Shown here one piece after another: positions 48,818 through 57,625 of a stretch of 64,000 nt of DNA (within the stretch, counting starts at the first letter, position 1; each line of letters begins with the position of its first letter). Source of the DNA: Patescibacteria group bacterium (GTDB lineage: Bacteria > Patescibacteriota > Dojkabacteria > J137). The DNA lies in assembly GCA_963169855.1 (NCBI GenBank), contig CAUJCN010000002.1, forward strand, positions 197,508 through 261,507, written 5' to 3'. The translations under genes were made by a program, and so were the position numbers. A model generated the notes under the pieces. It had not been told where the DNA came from and made no database searches. It saw nothing but the letters and a program-made list of their open reading frames with translations.

Positions 48818-50647
48818 ATGTGCGGAATTGTAGGATTTACAGGTAAGCCTGACAACGATACCCTTAAAAAAATGACTGATTGCATCATCCATAGAGGACC
48901 AGATGATGACGGATTTATCGAGACTAAAGCTTTCTCAATCGGATTTCGAAGATTGGCTTTTATTGACCTTACTGAAAACATTTATCCATTAGAGAACGAA
49001 ACTGGAAATGTAAAAGTTGTTTGTAATGGAGAAATCTATAACTATAAAGAACTTAGAGAAGAACTTATTAATAGAGGTCACAAATTCAGAACACAATCTG
49101 ATGTAGAAGTCATTGCTCATGGATATGAAGAATGGGGAATGGATGTTGTTAAATATTTAAGAGGAATGTTTGTTTTTGTTCTGTTTGATCAATTAAAAGA
49201 AATTCTATTTATTGCAAGAGACCGAATTGGAATCAAACCTTTCTACTATACAGAAGTTGATGGAAGACTAGTTTTCTCCTCAGAAATTAAAGGAATTTTA
49301 TCAGGCTACGATGTCGACAGAACTCCTGATGAAACTGCTGTTTACAAATTCTTAGCTTACAGAATTCACGATACAGATAAAAACACTTTCTTCCAAAATA
49401 TCAAGAGATTACTTCCTGGTCACTACATGGTTGTTGATGACAAAGGAAATTTTAGAACTGAAAAATTCTGGAACCCTACATACAACTCAAGTTTTTCTTC
49501 AACTAAATCTGACGAGGCTTACGCCGAAGAATTTAGAGAATTATTTGTTGATACTGTAGACAGACATTTACTTTCAGATGTTCCAGTTGGAACAACACTA
49601 TCTGGAGGTTTAGACTCAAGCGGAATTACATCTTTAGCAGCAAGACTTTATGCAGAAAAACAAAATCCAGCTCCGCTCTATTCATTCTCTGCTGTTCACC
49701 CTGGAGAAACTGTAAACGAAGAAGAATACATCGATGCAGTTGTTGACTACACAGGAGTTGAAAGCATAAAAGTTGCTCCAAGTGTTGATCAATTTTGGGA
49801 AGAATTGGATGAATGGACTTATTACCAAGAAGAACCAGTAATCAGTGGAGCGCCCTATGCATATTATGTTGTTATGAGAGAAGCACGAAAGAAAGTTAAG
49901 GCAATTCTTTCTGGACAAGGTGGAGACGAACTTTTGGCTGGATACATTCCTTATTTCATGAGTTACTGGCAGTCAGCAATGGATCAAGGAAAATCTCTTA
50001 AAGCTTTTAGTGAAGCATTTGCAGGAAAAGATTTGTACTTCAAATACCTTTTGAAAAAGATGGACGACTATCTTCACAGAGGTAATCAGATTAAAGGTGT
50101 TCACTTTTTGAATAAACCAGAAGGTTTTGAAATTCCTGAATTCAAACATAAAAGAAATTTGAACGAAAGGTTATTCGAAGATGTGACTTCTACAACAACT
50201 CCTTGTCTTTTGAGATACGAAGATAAGAACTCAATGGCAAACTCTTTAGAGTCTAGAGTTCCTTTCTACGATCATGTTATGGTTGAACACATTTTCAATC
50301 TTCCTATTGACCAGAAAATTAAACATGGATGGAACCGATGGGTTTACAGAAATGCGATGAAAGGATTAATGCCTGAGAAAAATAGAACACGAAGAAGCAA
50401 GATTGGATTTACAAACCCAGAGTGGGAATGGATCGAAAGAAAGAAGGAAAACTTCATAGAGATATTCAGTTCAGATATATTTAAATCCCGGAAATTCTGG
50501 GATGCAGATAAAATTTTAGAGGGTTTCAAACTTGCTTTGGATAACAAACTTAGAGGTGATATTTTATTCTTCTGGAGAGTCTTCTCTGTAGAAATGTGGA
50601 TGAGAACTTATGTTGATAAATTCGAAGTTCTTAAAAAGGAGAGTTAA
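48818..50647 (+). CDS. asnB: asparagine synthase (glutamine-hydrolysing) family amidotransferase
   Basis: N-terminal MCGIVGF (catalytic Cys2), SGGLDSS PP-loop; start moved to 48818 because Ntn amidotransferases require Cys at position 2. Confidence 0.85.
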   Translation: MCGIVGFTGKPDNDTLKKMTDCIIHRGPDDDGFIETKAFSIGFRRLAFIDLTENIYPLENETGNVKVVCNGEIYNYKELREELINRGHKFRTQSDVEVIAHGYEEWGMDVVKYLRGMFVFVLFDQLKEILFIARDRIGIKPFYYTEVDGRLVFSSEIKGILSGYDVDRTPDETAVYKFLAYRIHDTDKNTFFQNIKRLLPGHYMVVDDKGNFRTEKFWNPTYNSSFSSTKSDEAYAEEFRELFVDTVDRHLLSDVPVGTTLSGGLDSSGITSLAARLYAEKQNPAPLYSFSAVHPGETVNEEEYIDAVVDYTGVESIKVAPSVDQFWEELDEWTYYQEEPVISGAPYAYYVVMREARKKVKAILSGQGGDELLAGYIPYFMSYWQSAMDQGKSLKAFSEAFAGKDLYFKYLLKKMDDYLHRGNQIKGVHFLNKPEGFEIPEFKHKRNLNERLFEDVTSTTTPCLLRYEDKNSMANSLESRVPFYDHVMVEHIFNLPIDQKIKHGWNRWVYRNAMKGLMPEKNRTRRSKIGFTNPEWEWIERKKENFIEIFSSDIFKSRKFWDADKILEGFKLALDNKLRGDILFFWRVFSVEMWMRTYVDKFEVLKKES

Positions 50648-51798
50648 GCTAAATCTAAGTAAGCTTTAGCGTTTGGAATAAGGCAGTTGAATCTCTTCTG
50701 CTTTACCTTTAACTTGTTGATTGCAACCAACGTAGAAGCTCCTAACGCAACTTTCACACAATCTTTACTTGCAGATAACGCTATGTACTCTCCGATAGAT
50801 TCTGTACCTCTATTGAAGTCTTCAATTTCGTATCTTCCCATTGGTCCATACCAAGCGATTGTTTTTGCACTTTCGATTACTTCTCTAAAAAGAACAAGCG
50901 TCTTTTCTCCAAGATCCACAATAAATTTGTTGTTTGGAACAACCTGAACGTCGTTATCAATAGCTACTGGGTTTTCTAGGCTTTCTGAAACAATATGATC
51001 AATTGGTAAAATCAATTGAATTTTCTTAGATTCTACTAGTTTAATAATCTCTTGAGTTTTCTTTAAAGCTTTTTCGTCTAGTTTTGTCTTACCTGTCTTC
51101 ACACCTTTTGCTGAAAGGAAATACAATGCCATTTCTCCTCCGACTAAGATCTGATTGAACTTAGTAACTACCTTTTTAAGACCAGTTAGTTTATCTAGTC
51201 TTCCTTCACCACCGATAATCAAAACAGCAGGTTCTCTAAAACCTTCTTTCATTTTCTCGATACTATCAAGATCCTTTTGATAACTAAGACCGTAGTAAGA
51301 TGGTAATTTCTTTTCTAATATTGAAATTGAAGCTAAAGATTCATCCCCACCGAAAGCTTCGTTTACAAAAGAAGTACAGTAAGTAGTAATCTTTTCCATG
51401 AAATTTTCTTTATCTGCTGGCTTACCTTTGAATTCTTCTTTGTGGAAATTCAGGTTCTCTAGTATAAGAACATCTCCGAATTCCATGAATTTAATTGAGT
51501 TGTCGCAGTTTGCAACATCAACGAATTTTATTGGTTTTGCCAGTAAATTTCCGATTGCAAATCTAACCTGCATTAAGGAATTCTCGTCGTTGTATTCTCC
51601 AGTCTGCTCGCCTAAAGAAGCTAAAATAACTACTTTTGCCTGAGCTTTAATTAGTTCCTGTAATGTTGGGATAAGATTTCTAATCTTCGTATCGTCAAGG
51701 ATTTCACCATTAGAAAGAGGCACGTCCAAATCAGCTCTGATAGCTACGATCTTTCTTGCGAAATTACCGTCTGAAAACCTTTTATAAGTTGTTGTCAT
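50644..51798 (-). CDS. pgk: phosphoglycerate kinase
   Basis: KIVAIRADLDVPL (PGK signature R.D.N/D.P) and overall two-domain length. Confidence 0.8.
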   Translation of the reverse strand: MTTTYKRFSDGNFARKIVAIRADLDVPLSNGEILDDTKIRNLIPTLQELIKAQAKVVILASLGEQTGEYNDENSLMQVRFAIGNLLAKPIKFVDVANCDNSIKFMEFGDVLILENLNFHKEEFKGKPADKENFMEKITTYCTSFVNEAFGGDESLASISILEKKLPSYYGLSYQKDLDSIEKMKEGFREPAVLIIGGEGRLDKLTGLKKVVTKFNQILVGGEMALYFLSAKGVKTGKTKLDEKALKKTQEIIKLVESKKIQLILPIDHIVSESLENPVAIDNDVQVVPNNKFIVDLGEKTLVLFREVIESAKTIAWYGPMGRYEIEDFNRGTESIGEYIALSASKDCVKVALGASTLVAINKLKVKQKRFNCLIPNAKAYLDLA

Positions 51799-51855
51799 AT
51801 AGCTATTATATCATTTTGCCAAGGTTTTTGCAATGGATGTCCTCGCCAATATCGT

Positions 51856-53073
51856 TTACTGTTCGATATTATCGATGTTTTGCCGAGTCTCAAAAGAAGG
51901 GAAAACAACTCCATCTTTTCGAAAAATCCCTGTGCCAGTAACGAATTCCAGCCCCTTACCCTTCATTTGTCTAAACAAATTTAGGGTGCTACTTCTAATG
52001 GCATCAAGCTTTTTAGGAGGCAAGTAGCCCAATTTCAAGAATAAATCGTTACCAAATTCTTCTATAATGTCCTTTTGATGCTCTGTAATTTCGAAGTAGT
52101 AACTTTTATTACCATGGCTTAATATCAAAAGAAACGGTTTTTTCTTTGAAATGGCAATTTCCATGCCAACGATCTTACTAGCAATCTCCAAGTTAATAAG
52201 GGTTAATTTCGTGGACTTTCCAAGCAACTCTCTATACCCTTGCATATTCACTATCTTCACAGAACTAGCGAGCATAGGACTTTTTTGAGCTACTTGTGCC
52301 AACCTCGAAAGAGTAATTTGATCGAATGCTTTAAATGCCTTTCGTAATAGATCTTCTCGGGCTAAAGGAAACCCTGTTCGAGTTGCGCCAGCAGGATAAC
52401 ATTGCTCAAAAGGAACTCTAGTATTTAGGTTCACCAGGATTTTGTTAGCTTCTGTTGTATGGGTAGTAACATCTGTAAAGCCACTTTGAATCCTCCATAC
52501 TTGTTCATCGATGTAGTCTCCTGTGAATCCTGCTATAAATTTTATATAACGATACCCTGCTTGGTTTCTTGAGCAAGCAAATTTTACTGTATTCGTTGTG
52601 GGATCTGTAAGAACATAGAAATAGAAATCTCCTCCTCCATAGATCGTATATTTAAATGATGCAGAGTCTAGTTTATAAATGAGCAACTCTTTCCCTTCCC
52701 ACCCAATAACATTTTTAGGATTGTAAAAACCTTTTACGTCATCAAAGAACTCACGGTTCATAATCTCTATCTTCTCTTCTAAATCATCTTCAGACTTGGA
52801 AATTACAACTCCACCTGAACTATTAAGCCTTCCCGGACTCAATTTCTTTATTCGCCAACCCTCATTTATGATTTCCCGATTGATTCTAGCCATCGAGATC
52901 TCAAGTGTTCTTGGAGAATATCCCCTAGAAAATCTTCGTAAGTCCCATAGATTTAAATGTCCTTTTCTGAGCAATTCATCGTAAAGAAAGTTGGTGATGG
53001 ATTCTATTCCTGCTGATTCTATTATTGGTATTTTGTTCCTAAGGTCTTCCATAAAAACGATTATAACTCTCAA
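51856..53073 (-). CDS. hypothetical protein, paralog of 53134..54327
   Basis: 405 aa; shares ...R..PG....GG.VI...EDD... N-terminal block and ...LLI(L/I)S(H/N)G... C-terminal block with neighbour. Confidence 0.4.
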   Translation of the reverse strand: MRVIIVFMEDLRNKIPIIESAGIESITNFLYDELLRKGHLNLWDLRRFSRGYSPRTLEISMARINREIINEGWRIKKLSPGRLNSSGGVVISKSEDDLEEKIEIMNREFFDDVKGFYNPKNVIGWEGKELLIYKLDSASFKYTIYGGGDFYFYVLTDPTTNTVKFACSRNQAGYRYIKFIAGFTGDYIDEQVWRIQSGFTDVTTHTTEANKILVNLNTRVPFEQCYPAGATRTGFPLAREDLLRKAFKAFDQITLSRLAQVAQKSPMLASSVKIVNMQGYRELLGKSTKLTLINLEIASKIVGMEIAISKKKPFLLILSHGNKSYYFEITEHQKDIIEEFGNDLFLKLGYLPPKKLDAIRSSTLNLFRQMKGKGLEFVTGTGIFRKDGVVFPSFETRQNIDNIEQ

Positions 53074-53133
53074 TCCTCTTTTCCGAGTATCTATTTACGA
53101 AATGAAGTTACAAAAATACTCACTAAAGTCTTA

Positions 53134-54327
53134 CTAGCTTTCCCATACGGGGACTGGAAATATCAGAAATCTGTCGATCACGCATCCAGTCCCATCTGCT
53201 ATGGCAATTCCGTCTCTTTTCATAGCTGCAACCAGTCCTTTAAAGTAGTAATGAATGCTATCGTAACCATTCGTTCGCGTACCACCATATAAAATCACAT
53301 CTCCATCAAACGCGCTGATTGCACTTGCTTGTAGGGTAGAAATTTCTGCTAGCTGTAGCTCTTTTCCATTGGATATTATTAAAAGCCTGGTTCGCTCTTT
53401 AAAGAGGTTAAGCGGAATCTTGAGCTTATGTATTACTTGAGCGGTATCTAGAGGGATAAGTTTAACTTCTCCTTGTTTAAAAGCTTTTTTGGTAGCTTCG
53501 AAAGCCTTTCCAGAAGAAAGAATTTTTTGAGAAAATTTTGATGGACTCATAGAAAACGAAACCCAGTTGCTTACTAGATCTATCCTATTTCTCAAAATAC
53601 TTAGCAATGGATGCTTTCCAAGCATGGTTTTTAGGTAATCTATCCTGGCATTAGAGTTGGTAATTATGGAATACCCTCCTGCATTCGTAGCTTTAAATAA
53701 TGGTTCCATCTGGAGAATTTTGCCTAATCTTTTTACTTCGTTAACAAAATGATCGTACTTGATTACTGTTGAGAGGGTCTCCCAAATTAAGGAATCGAAG
53801 TACTCTACTTCGGCATCGTTTAACCTTTGCAGTTGGATTCCGATCAATGAATTTAAAGTAGCATAAAAAAGTCTGCTTTTTTCATTCACCCTTACATACA
53901 AAGTTATTGACTGGACACTGTAGTCAGCATCTTTAAAGTCTTCAGTACCGAAATTGAATATCTGGACTTCTCCTTCTGATGTTTTATACGAAGCTGATGG
54001 TTTCTTTTGGAGCGATTCTAGCTGAGAGTAAAATCTTTCGTTAATTTGTTGGACATAGATTGATGGATCATCTTCAAGATTAATAATGACCATCCCACCG
54101 ATACAACCTCCTGAGCCTGGTCTAATTCTAACAATTCTCTTCCCCTCATCTTTTAATTTTTCATTTAAATAATGTTGAACAGCATCTTTATAACTTTCTG
54201 AATAACCTTTTAATAGAACTGACATATCCATCCGGGTTAGGAATTTCAGATCATTTATTACCTCTACTATCCTTTCCCCTAAAGCTATCTCATTATTGAC
54301 TGGCGGAATAATTGGGTCTGTAAGCAT
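53134..54327 (-). CDS. hypothetical protein, paralog of 51856..53073
   Basis: 397 aa; RIRPGSGGCIGGMVIINLEDD parallels KKLSPGRLNSSGGVVISKSEDD. Confidence 0.4.
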   Translation of the reverse strand: MLTDPIIPPVNNEIALGERIVEVINDLKFLTRMDMSVLLKGYSESYKDAVQHYLNEKLKDEGKRIVRIRPGSGGCIGGMVIINLEDDPSIYVQQINERFYSQLESLQKKPSASYKTSEGEVQIFNFGTEDFKDADYSVQSITLYVRVNEKSRLFYATLNSLIGIQLQRLNDAEVEYFDSLIWETLSTVIKYDHFVNEVKRLGKILQMEPLFKATNAGGYSIITNSNARIDYLKTMLGKHPLLSILRNRIDLVSNWVSFSMSPSKFSQKILSSGKAFEATKKAFKQGEVKLIPLDTAQVIHKLKIPLNLFKERTRLLIISNGKELQLAEISTLQASAISAFDGDVILYGGTRTNGYDSIHYYFKGLVAAMKRDGIAIADGTGCVIDRFLIFPVPVWES

Positions 54328-54332
54328 TACTG

Positions 54333-55862
54333 TTATGAAATACGAACTAGTTGTTTATTTAAAATTTCATAAGAATATCTTACATCTATTTTCTCTAAAA
54401 AATCTACATCGTGGCTTACAACTACAATCGCTCCTTCGTATTGTAATAGTAACTCAGAAAGCCTTTCTTTGGTTTCAATATCTAGGTTGTTGGTTGGCTC
54501 ATCTAAAATTACTAAATCCGACTGAGAAACCGTAGCCAAAACAAAAGCTAGTTTTGCTACTTCACCTCCGCTTAAACTTGCTGCTTTTGAATACTTGATT
54601 TGGTTCGAAGAGAACCCTACACTACTTAATGCTTTAATTATTAATTCATCCTCCATCTCACTAGTTACTTGTTTTACATTCTCTATTGGGGTTAATTCAA
54701 GATTTACAACATCATATTTTTGATTTACGAAGAGGGTTTTAAATTCCTTTCCATATGTTACTTCACCTACAATTTGTGACGAGTGAGCGTATGGCAAGTT
54801 CTTTATGAATGTAGTTTTCCCTGAGCCGTTATCTCCAGAAATCGATACTCTATCATTTCCGTATAAAGAAAAATTGATATTTTCGAGCAGAACTTTATCT
54901 TGCAATTTTAAGAATCCATTCGTGATGTTCACTAACAATCCCTTTCTATTTGATGATTTAAATTCAATAAATATCTTTTTTCTTTTTTGTTGAGAAAACT
55001 GCTTCATTTCAGATTCGTGTTCCGCTACTCCCTGCTCGAGTTTCGATTTTGCAGCACCGTGCTTAACTTGACCGCTAAGTTTAAGAGCATTTCGAACTAT
55101 CTTTGGCATACTTCTGTCGTTACTCTTAGCAGCTCTTGTTAGTTTTGATTGAGCTTTTTGAAACTTAATATTTTCTTTGTGTAGAGAATTTTTTGCTTTG
55201 CTAAGTTCCTTCTGTGCTGATTCGTATTTTCTTGCAATTGATTCTTCAGTTTTTCTTTTTTCTTCTAAATAGAAATCATAATCTCCTCCAAAGACTTTAA
55301 GATTCCCACTCTTTAGTTCCCAGATTTTGTTTACAGTAGAGTTTAGAAAGTTAATATCGTGACTTACGACAATGAATGTTAGATTTTCCTTAATAAGGTA
55401 GTTCGACAAAAAGTTCATTGATTTCTTATCTAGATGATTAGTCGGTTCATCTAAAAGTAAAACATCCGGATTTTGATGCAATGCTATACAGATTTTAAGC
55501 TTCATTAGCTCTCCTCCACTTAAGCAACTCAGTTTCGAATCCTCGGATATTTTTGTTTGAAAGATTTCTTCTATTTTTGAGAATATTTCCCACCACTCTT
55601 CAGTGATTCTTGATAAGTACTGGTAAACCAATTCCTCGCTTCTATATTCGTCGAAATCCAGTTGACTTACATAAACGACTTTAACTTCGTTACCTGCATT
55701 GTTTTTTATTGCTTTCAGCAGAGTGGATTTACCAGTTCCGTTAACACCTATAAGACCAATGTGATCACCTTGTAGAACTGATCCGCTAACTGCGTTCAGA
55801 ATTTCCCTATCGAATGATAGGTTAAGATTATTGAATGTTATTAATGATTTTTGATTATGCAT
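54333..55862 (-). CDS. ABC-F family ATPase (tandem ABC domains, no TM domain)
   Basis: Two Walker A sites (GVNGTGKSTLL; GDNGSGKTTFI), two signature/Walker B sets (LSGGELMKL/LLLDEPTNHLD; LSGGEVAKL/LVILDEPTNNLD), charged linker. Confidence 0.8.
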   Translation of the reverse strand: MHNQKSLITFNNLNLSFDREILNAVSGSVLQGDHIGLIGVNGTGKSTLLKAIKNNAGNEVKVVYVSQLDFDEYRSEELVYQYLSRITEEWWEIFSKIEEIFQTKISEDSKLSCLSGGELMKLKICIALHQNPDVLLLDEPTNHLDKKSMNFLSNYLIKENLTFIVVSHDINFLNSTVNKIWELKSGNLKVFGGDYDFYLEEKRKTEESIARKYESAQKELSKAKNSLHKENIKFQKAQSKLTRAAKSNDRSMPKIVRNALKLSGQVKHGAAKSKLEQGVAEHESEMKQFSQQKRKKIFIEFKSSNRKGLLVNITNGFLKLQDKVLLENINFSLYGNDRVSISGDNGSGKTTFIKNLPYAHSSQIVGEVTYGKEFKTLFVNQKYDVVNLELTPIENVKQVTSEMEDELIIKALSSVGFSSNQIKYSKAASLSGGEVAKLAFVLATVSQSDLVILDEPTNNLDIETKERLSELLLQYEGAIVVVSHDVDFLEKIDVRYSYEILNKQLVRIS

Positions 55863-56002
55863 AATTCCAGATTAACAAAGTAAAGTTTGCTGGAACTTGC
55901 TGAAGATATAGAAAATCTAACTCAACGAGTTTCAGCGATTAGTTGTTTACTTTATTTCGCATCGGAATTAGTTAATCTTAAAAATGTTTACTGTGTGTAA
56001 TA

Positions 56003-56073
56003 TTCGGAGACTAGGATTCGAACCTAGACAAGCAGCTTCAAAGGCTGCGGTCCTACCATTAGACGATCTCCGA
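56003..56073 (-). tRNA. tRNA-Gln (anticodon UUG)
   Basis: Minus-strand cloverleaf: acceptor TCGGAGA/TCTCCGA, D-arm, anticodon stem GCAGC/GCTGC with loop CTTTGAA, T-arm CTAGG-TTCGAAT-CCTAG; CCA not encoded. Confidence 0.75.
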
Positions 56074-56092
56074 ATACTACACACATTCTTTT

Positions 56093-56175
56093 TGCGGGAC
56101 TAGCCCCGTATCCAGTACGGGGGAACCTAGACAAGCAGCTTCAAAGGCTGCGGTCCTACCATTAGACGATCCCGC
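56093..56175 (-). tRNA. tRNA-Gln(UUG)-like second copy with aberrant/expanded T-arm (possible pseudo-tRNA)
   Basis: 48 nt identical to the body of the first copy (D-arm through variable region) but different acceptor (GCGGGAT/GTCCCGC) and a CCCCGTA-CTGGA-TACGGGG hairpin in place of the T-loop. Confidence 0.4.
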
Positions 56176-56244
56176 AATAATGCATAGCATTTTATCAATA
56201 AAAGCTAAAAGATAGAAGTGCCAATATGCCTAATATTACTATTC

Positions 56245-56562
56245 TTATGAGGCATCTCGTAAGGAGAATACATACCCTTTAAATGAAGTTGTGCTTTCTT
56301 CAGACCTTCTCCAAGTTCTACCATCAAATTCACTATAGAACTCTCCAAAGGATGATGGTCCAAACCTGGATCCTACAGTACCTTCGAATTCTAACTTAAT
56401 AGCTCCATTGAGAGCCGATTCTAATTGGCTAGGTGGCAATAGCTGCTTTAATGTATTTTCTGGTATAACAAGTTGAAATGACATTCCAATCTGCTCTCTT
56501 AATGCTTGTAACTTTTCTACTAAAATACTAATTGCTCCAATTAAGTTCATCGAGTTAGCCAC
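56245..56562 (-). CDS. hypothetical protein
   Basis: 105-aa ORF, no motif. Confidence 0.3.
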   Translation of the reverse strand: MANSMNLIGAISILVEKLQALREQIGMSFQLVIPENTLKQLLPPSQLESALNGAIKLEFEGTVGSRFGPSSFGEFYSEFDGRTWRRSEESTTSFKGYVFSLRDAS

Positions 56563-56630
56563 TCCGTACTTTCCATAGTGTATATACTCTTGATATTCTA
56601 CACTTTTTTATGGAGAGGATCTAAGCAAAC

Positions 56631-57362
56631 TTAAAATTCTTCAACTTTCACCAATTGAAGCGAATCGTCTTTTGCCACAACCGTGTAATGATTGTGTAGT
56701 TTTAAATCTATGTGTAGTTTTTCCAGAAATTTTCTAACCTGAGAAGTTAATACCTGTATGTACGATCTTGTTAATTCTTCTCCAAAACAGTTTGCAGTAA
56801 TGTTTTCGATTGTTACAGGTCCAGCCTCTATTGTAGGTAACAGAAACTTTAACAGGAATTCCATTTTGGATTTACTCTTATATAAAAAGTTTTCAATCAA
56901 CGCAATATCTTCATCAATTTTGTTATCTCTTTTCTGTCTTTCAAGAGTAATTTTACTTTGTAATCTTTTCTGAAAAAGAAAAACGACATCCAAGTATTCT
57001 AAATGACCACCAATTACTGCTCTAAGGTAGTACAAAATATGCTGCACTGTTTTTATCTCATTTTTATCCACTTCGTAGTAGTGACTAAAAGAGTCTAATA
57101 TATCTGAAAAAAGCTCTGCCCAATCGCTTACAACTCCAAACTTCTCTTCAGAATTTGCATGGATTCTTCGAACTTTACTTTCCCATATTCTCAAAATGTC
57201 ACAAACATAATTAAACAACTTTGGTGATTGAGTATTGAACTCCGTGAGTTGTTCTCGGAAATTTACCGATTCGGTTGTGAAAATATATCTTAAATCTACA
57301 GAGTCATTCAAAGGCTGTCTTTTCGTATCTAATCTTTGTCGCTCTGAAAATGTTGCTCCCAT
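56631..57362 (-). CDS. hypothetical protein
   Basis: 243-aa ORF, no motif. Confidence 0.35.
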   Translation of the reverse strand: MGATFSERQRLDTKRQPLNDSVDLRYIFTTESVNFREQLTEFNTQSPKLFNYVCDILRIWESKVRRIHANSEEKFGVVSDWAELFSDILDSFSHYYEVDKNEIKTVQHILYYLRAVIGGHLEYLDVVFLFQKRLQSKITLERQKRDNKIDEDIALIENFLYKSKSKMEFLLKFLLPTIEAGPVTIENITANCFGEELTRSYIQVLTSQVRKFLEKLHIDLKLHNHYTVVAKDDSLQLVKVEEF

Positions 57363-57625
57363 AATGCATAATTTTTGTGATTATACTATCAATTCTTCTG
57401 ACGTCAATACGGTTGAATTTAGTTTAAATACTGTATTCTGAAATTTAGCTACAAAGAAGATTTCAGTACCGCATTGGGAATTTTTGAAATGAGCTAAGAA
57501 CTCTCCTTTAGAGTATTCAGCGTATTCTTTTGTCTCCTGTGGTGACATCTCCACAAAGCCTATATAACTGCTATATTATAGCATAGCAAGTCGCTATATA
57601 TCGGCATCAGGGAATAGTTTTAGCT

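Noticed and set aside
56003-56175. Integrase-mediated att duplication at tRNA-Gln (genomic island boundary)
   Set aside because: The duplicated segment is the internal or 5' body of the tRNA rather than the 3' end that site-specific integrases duplicate, and no integrase gene is seen nearby.
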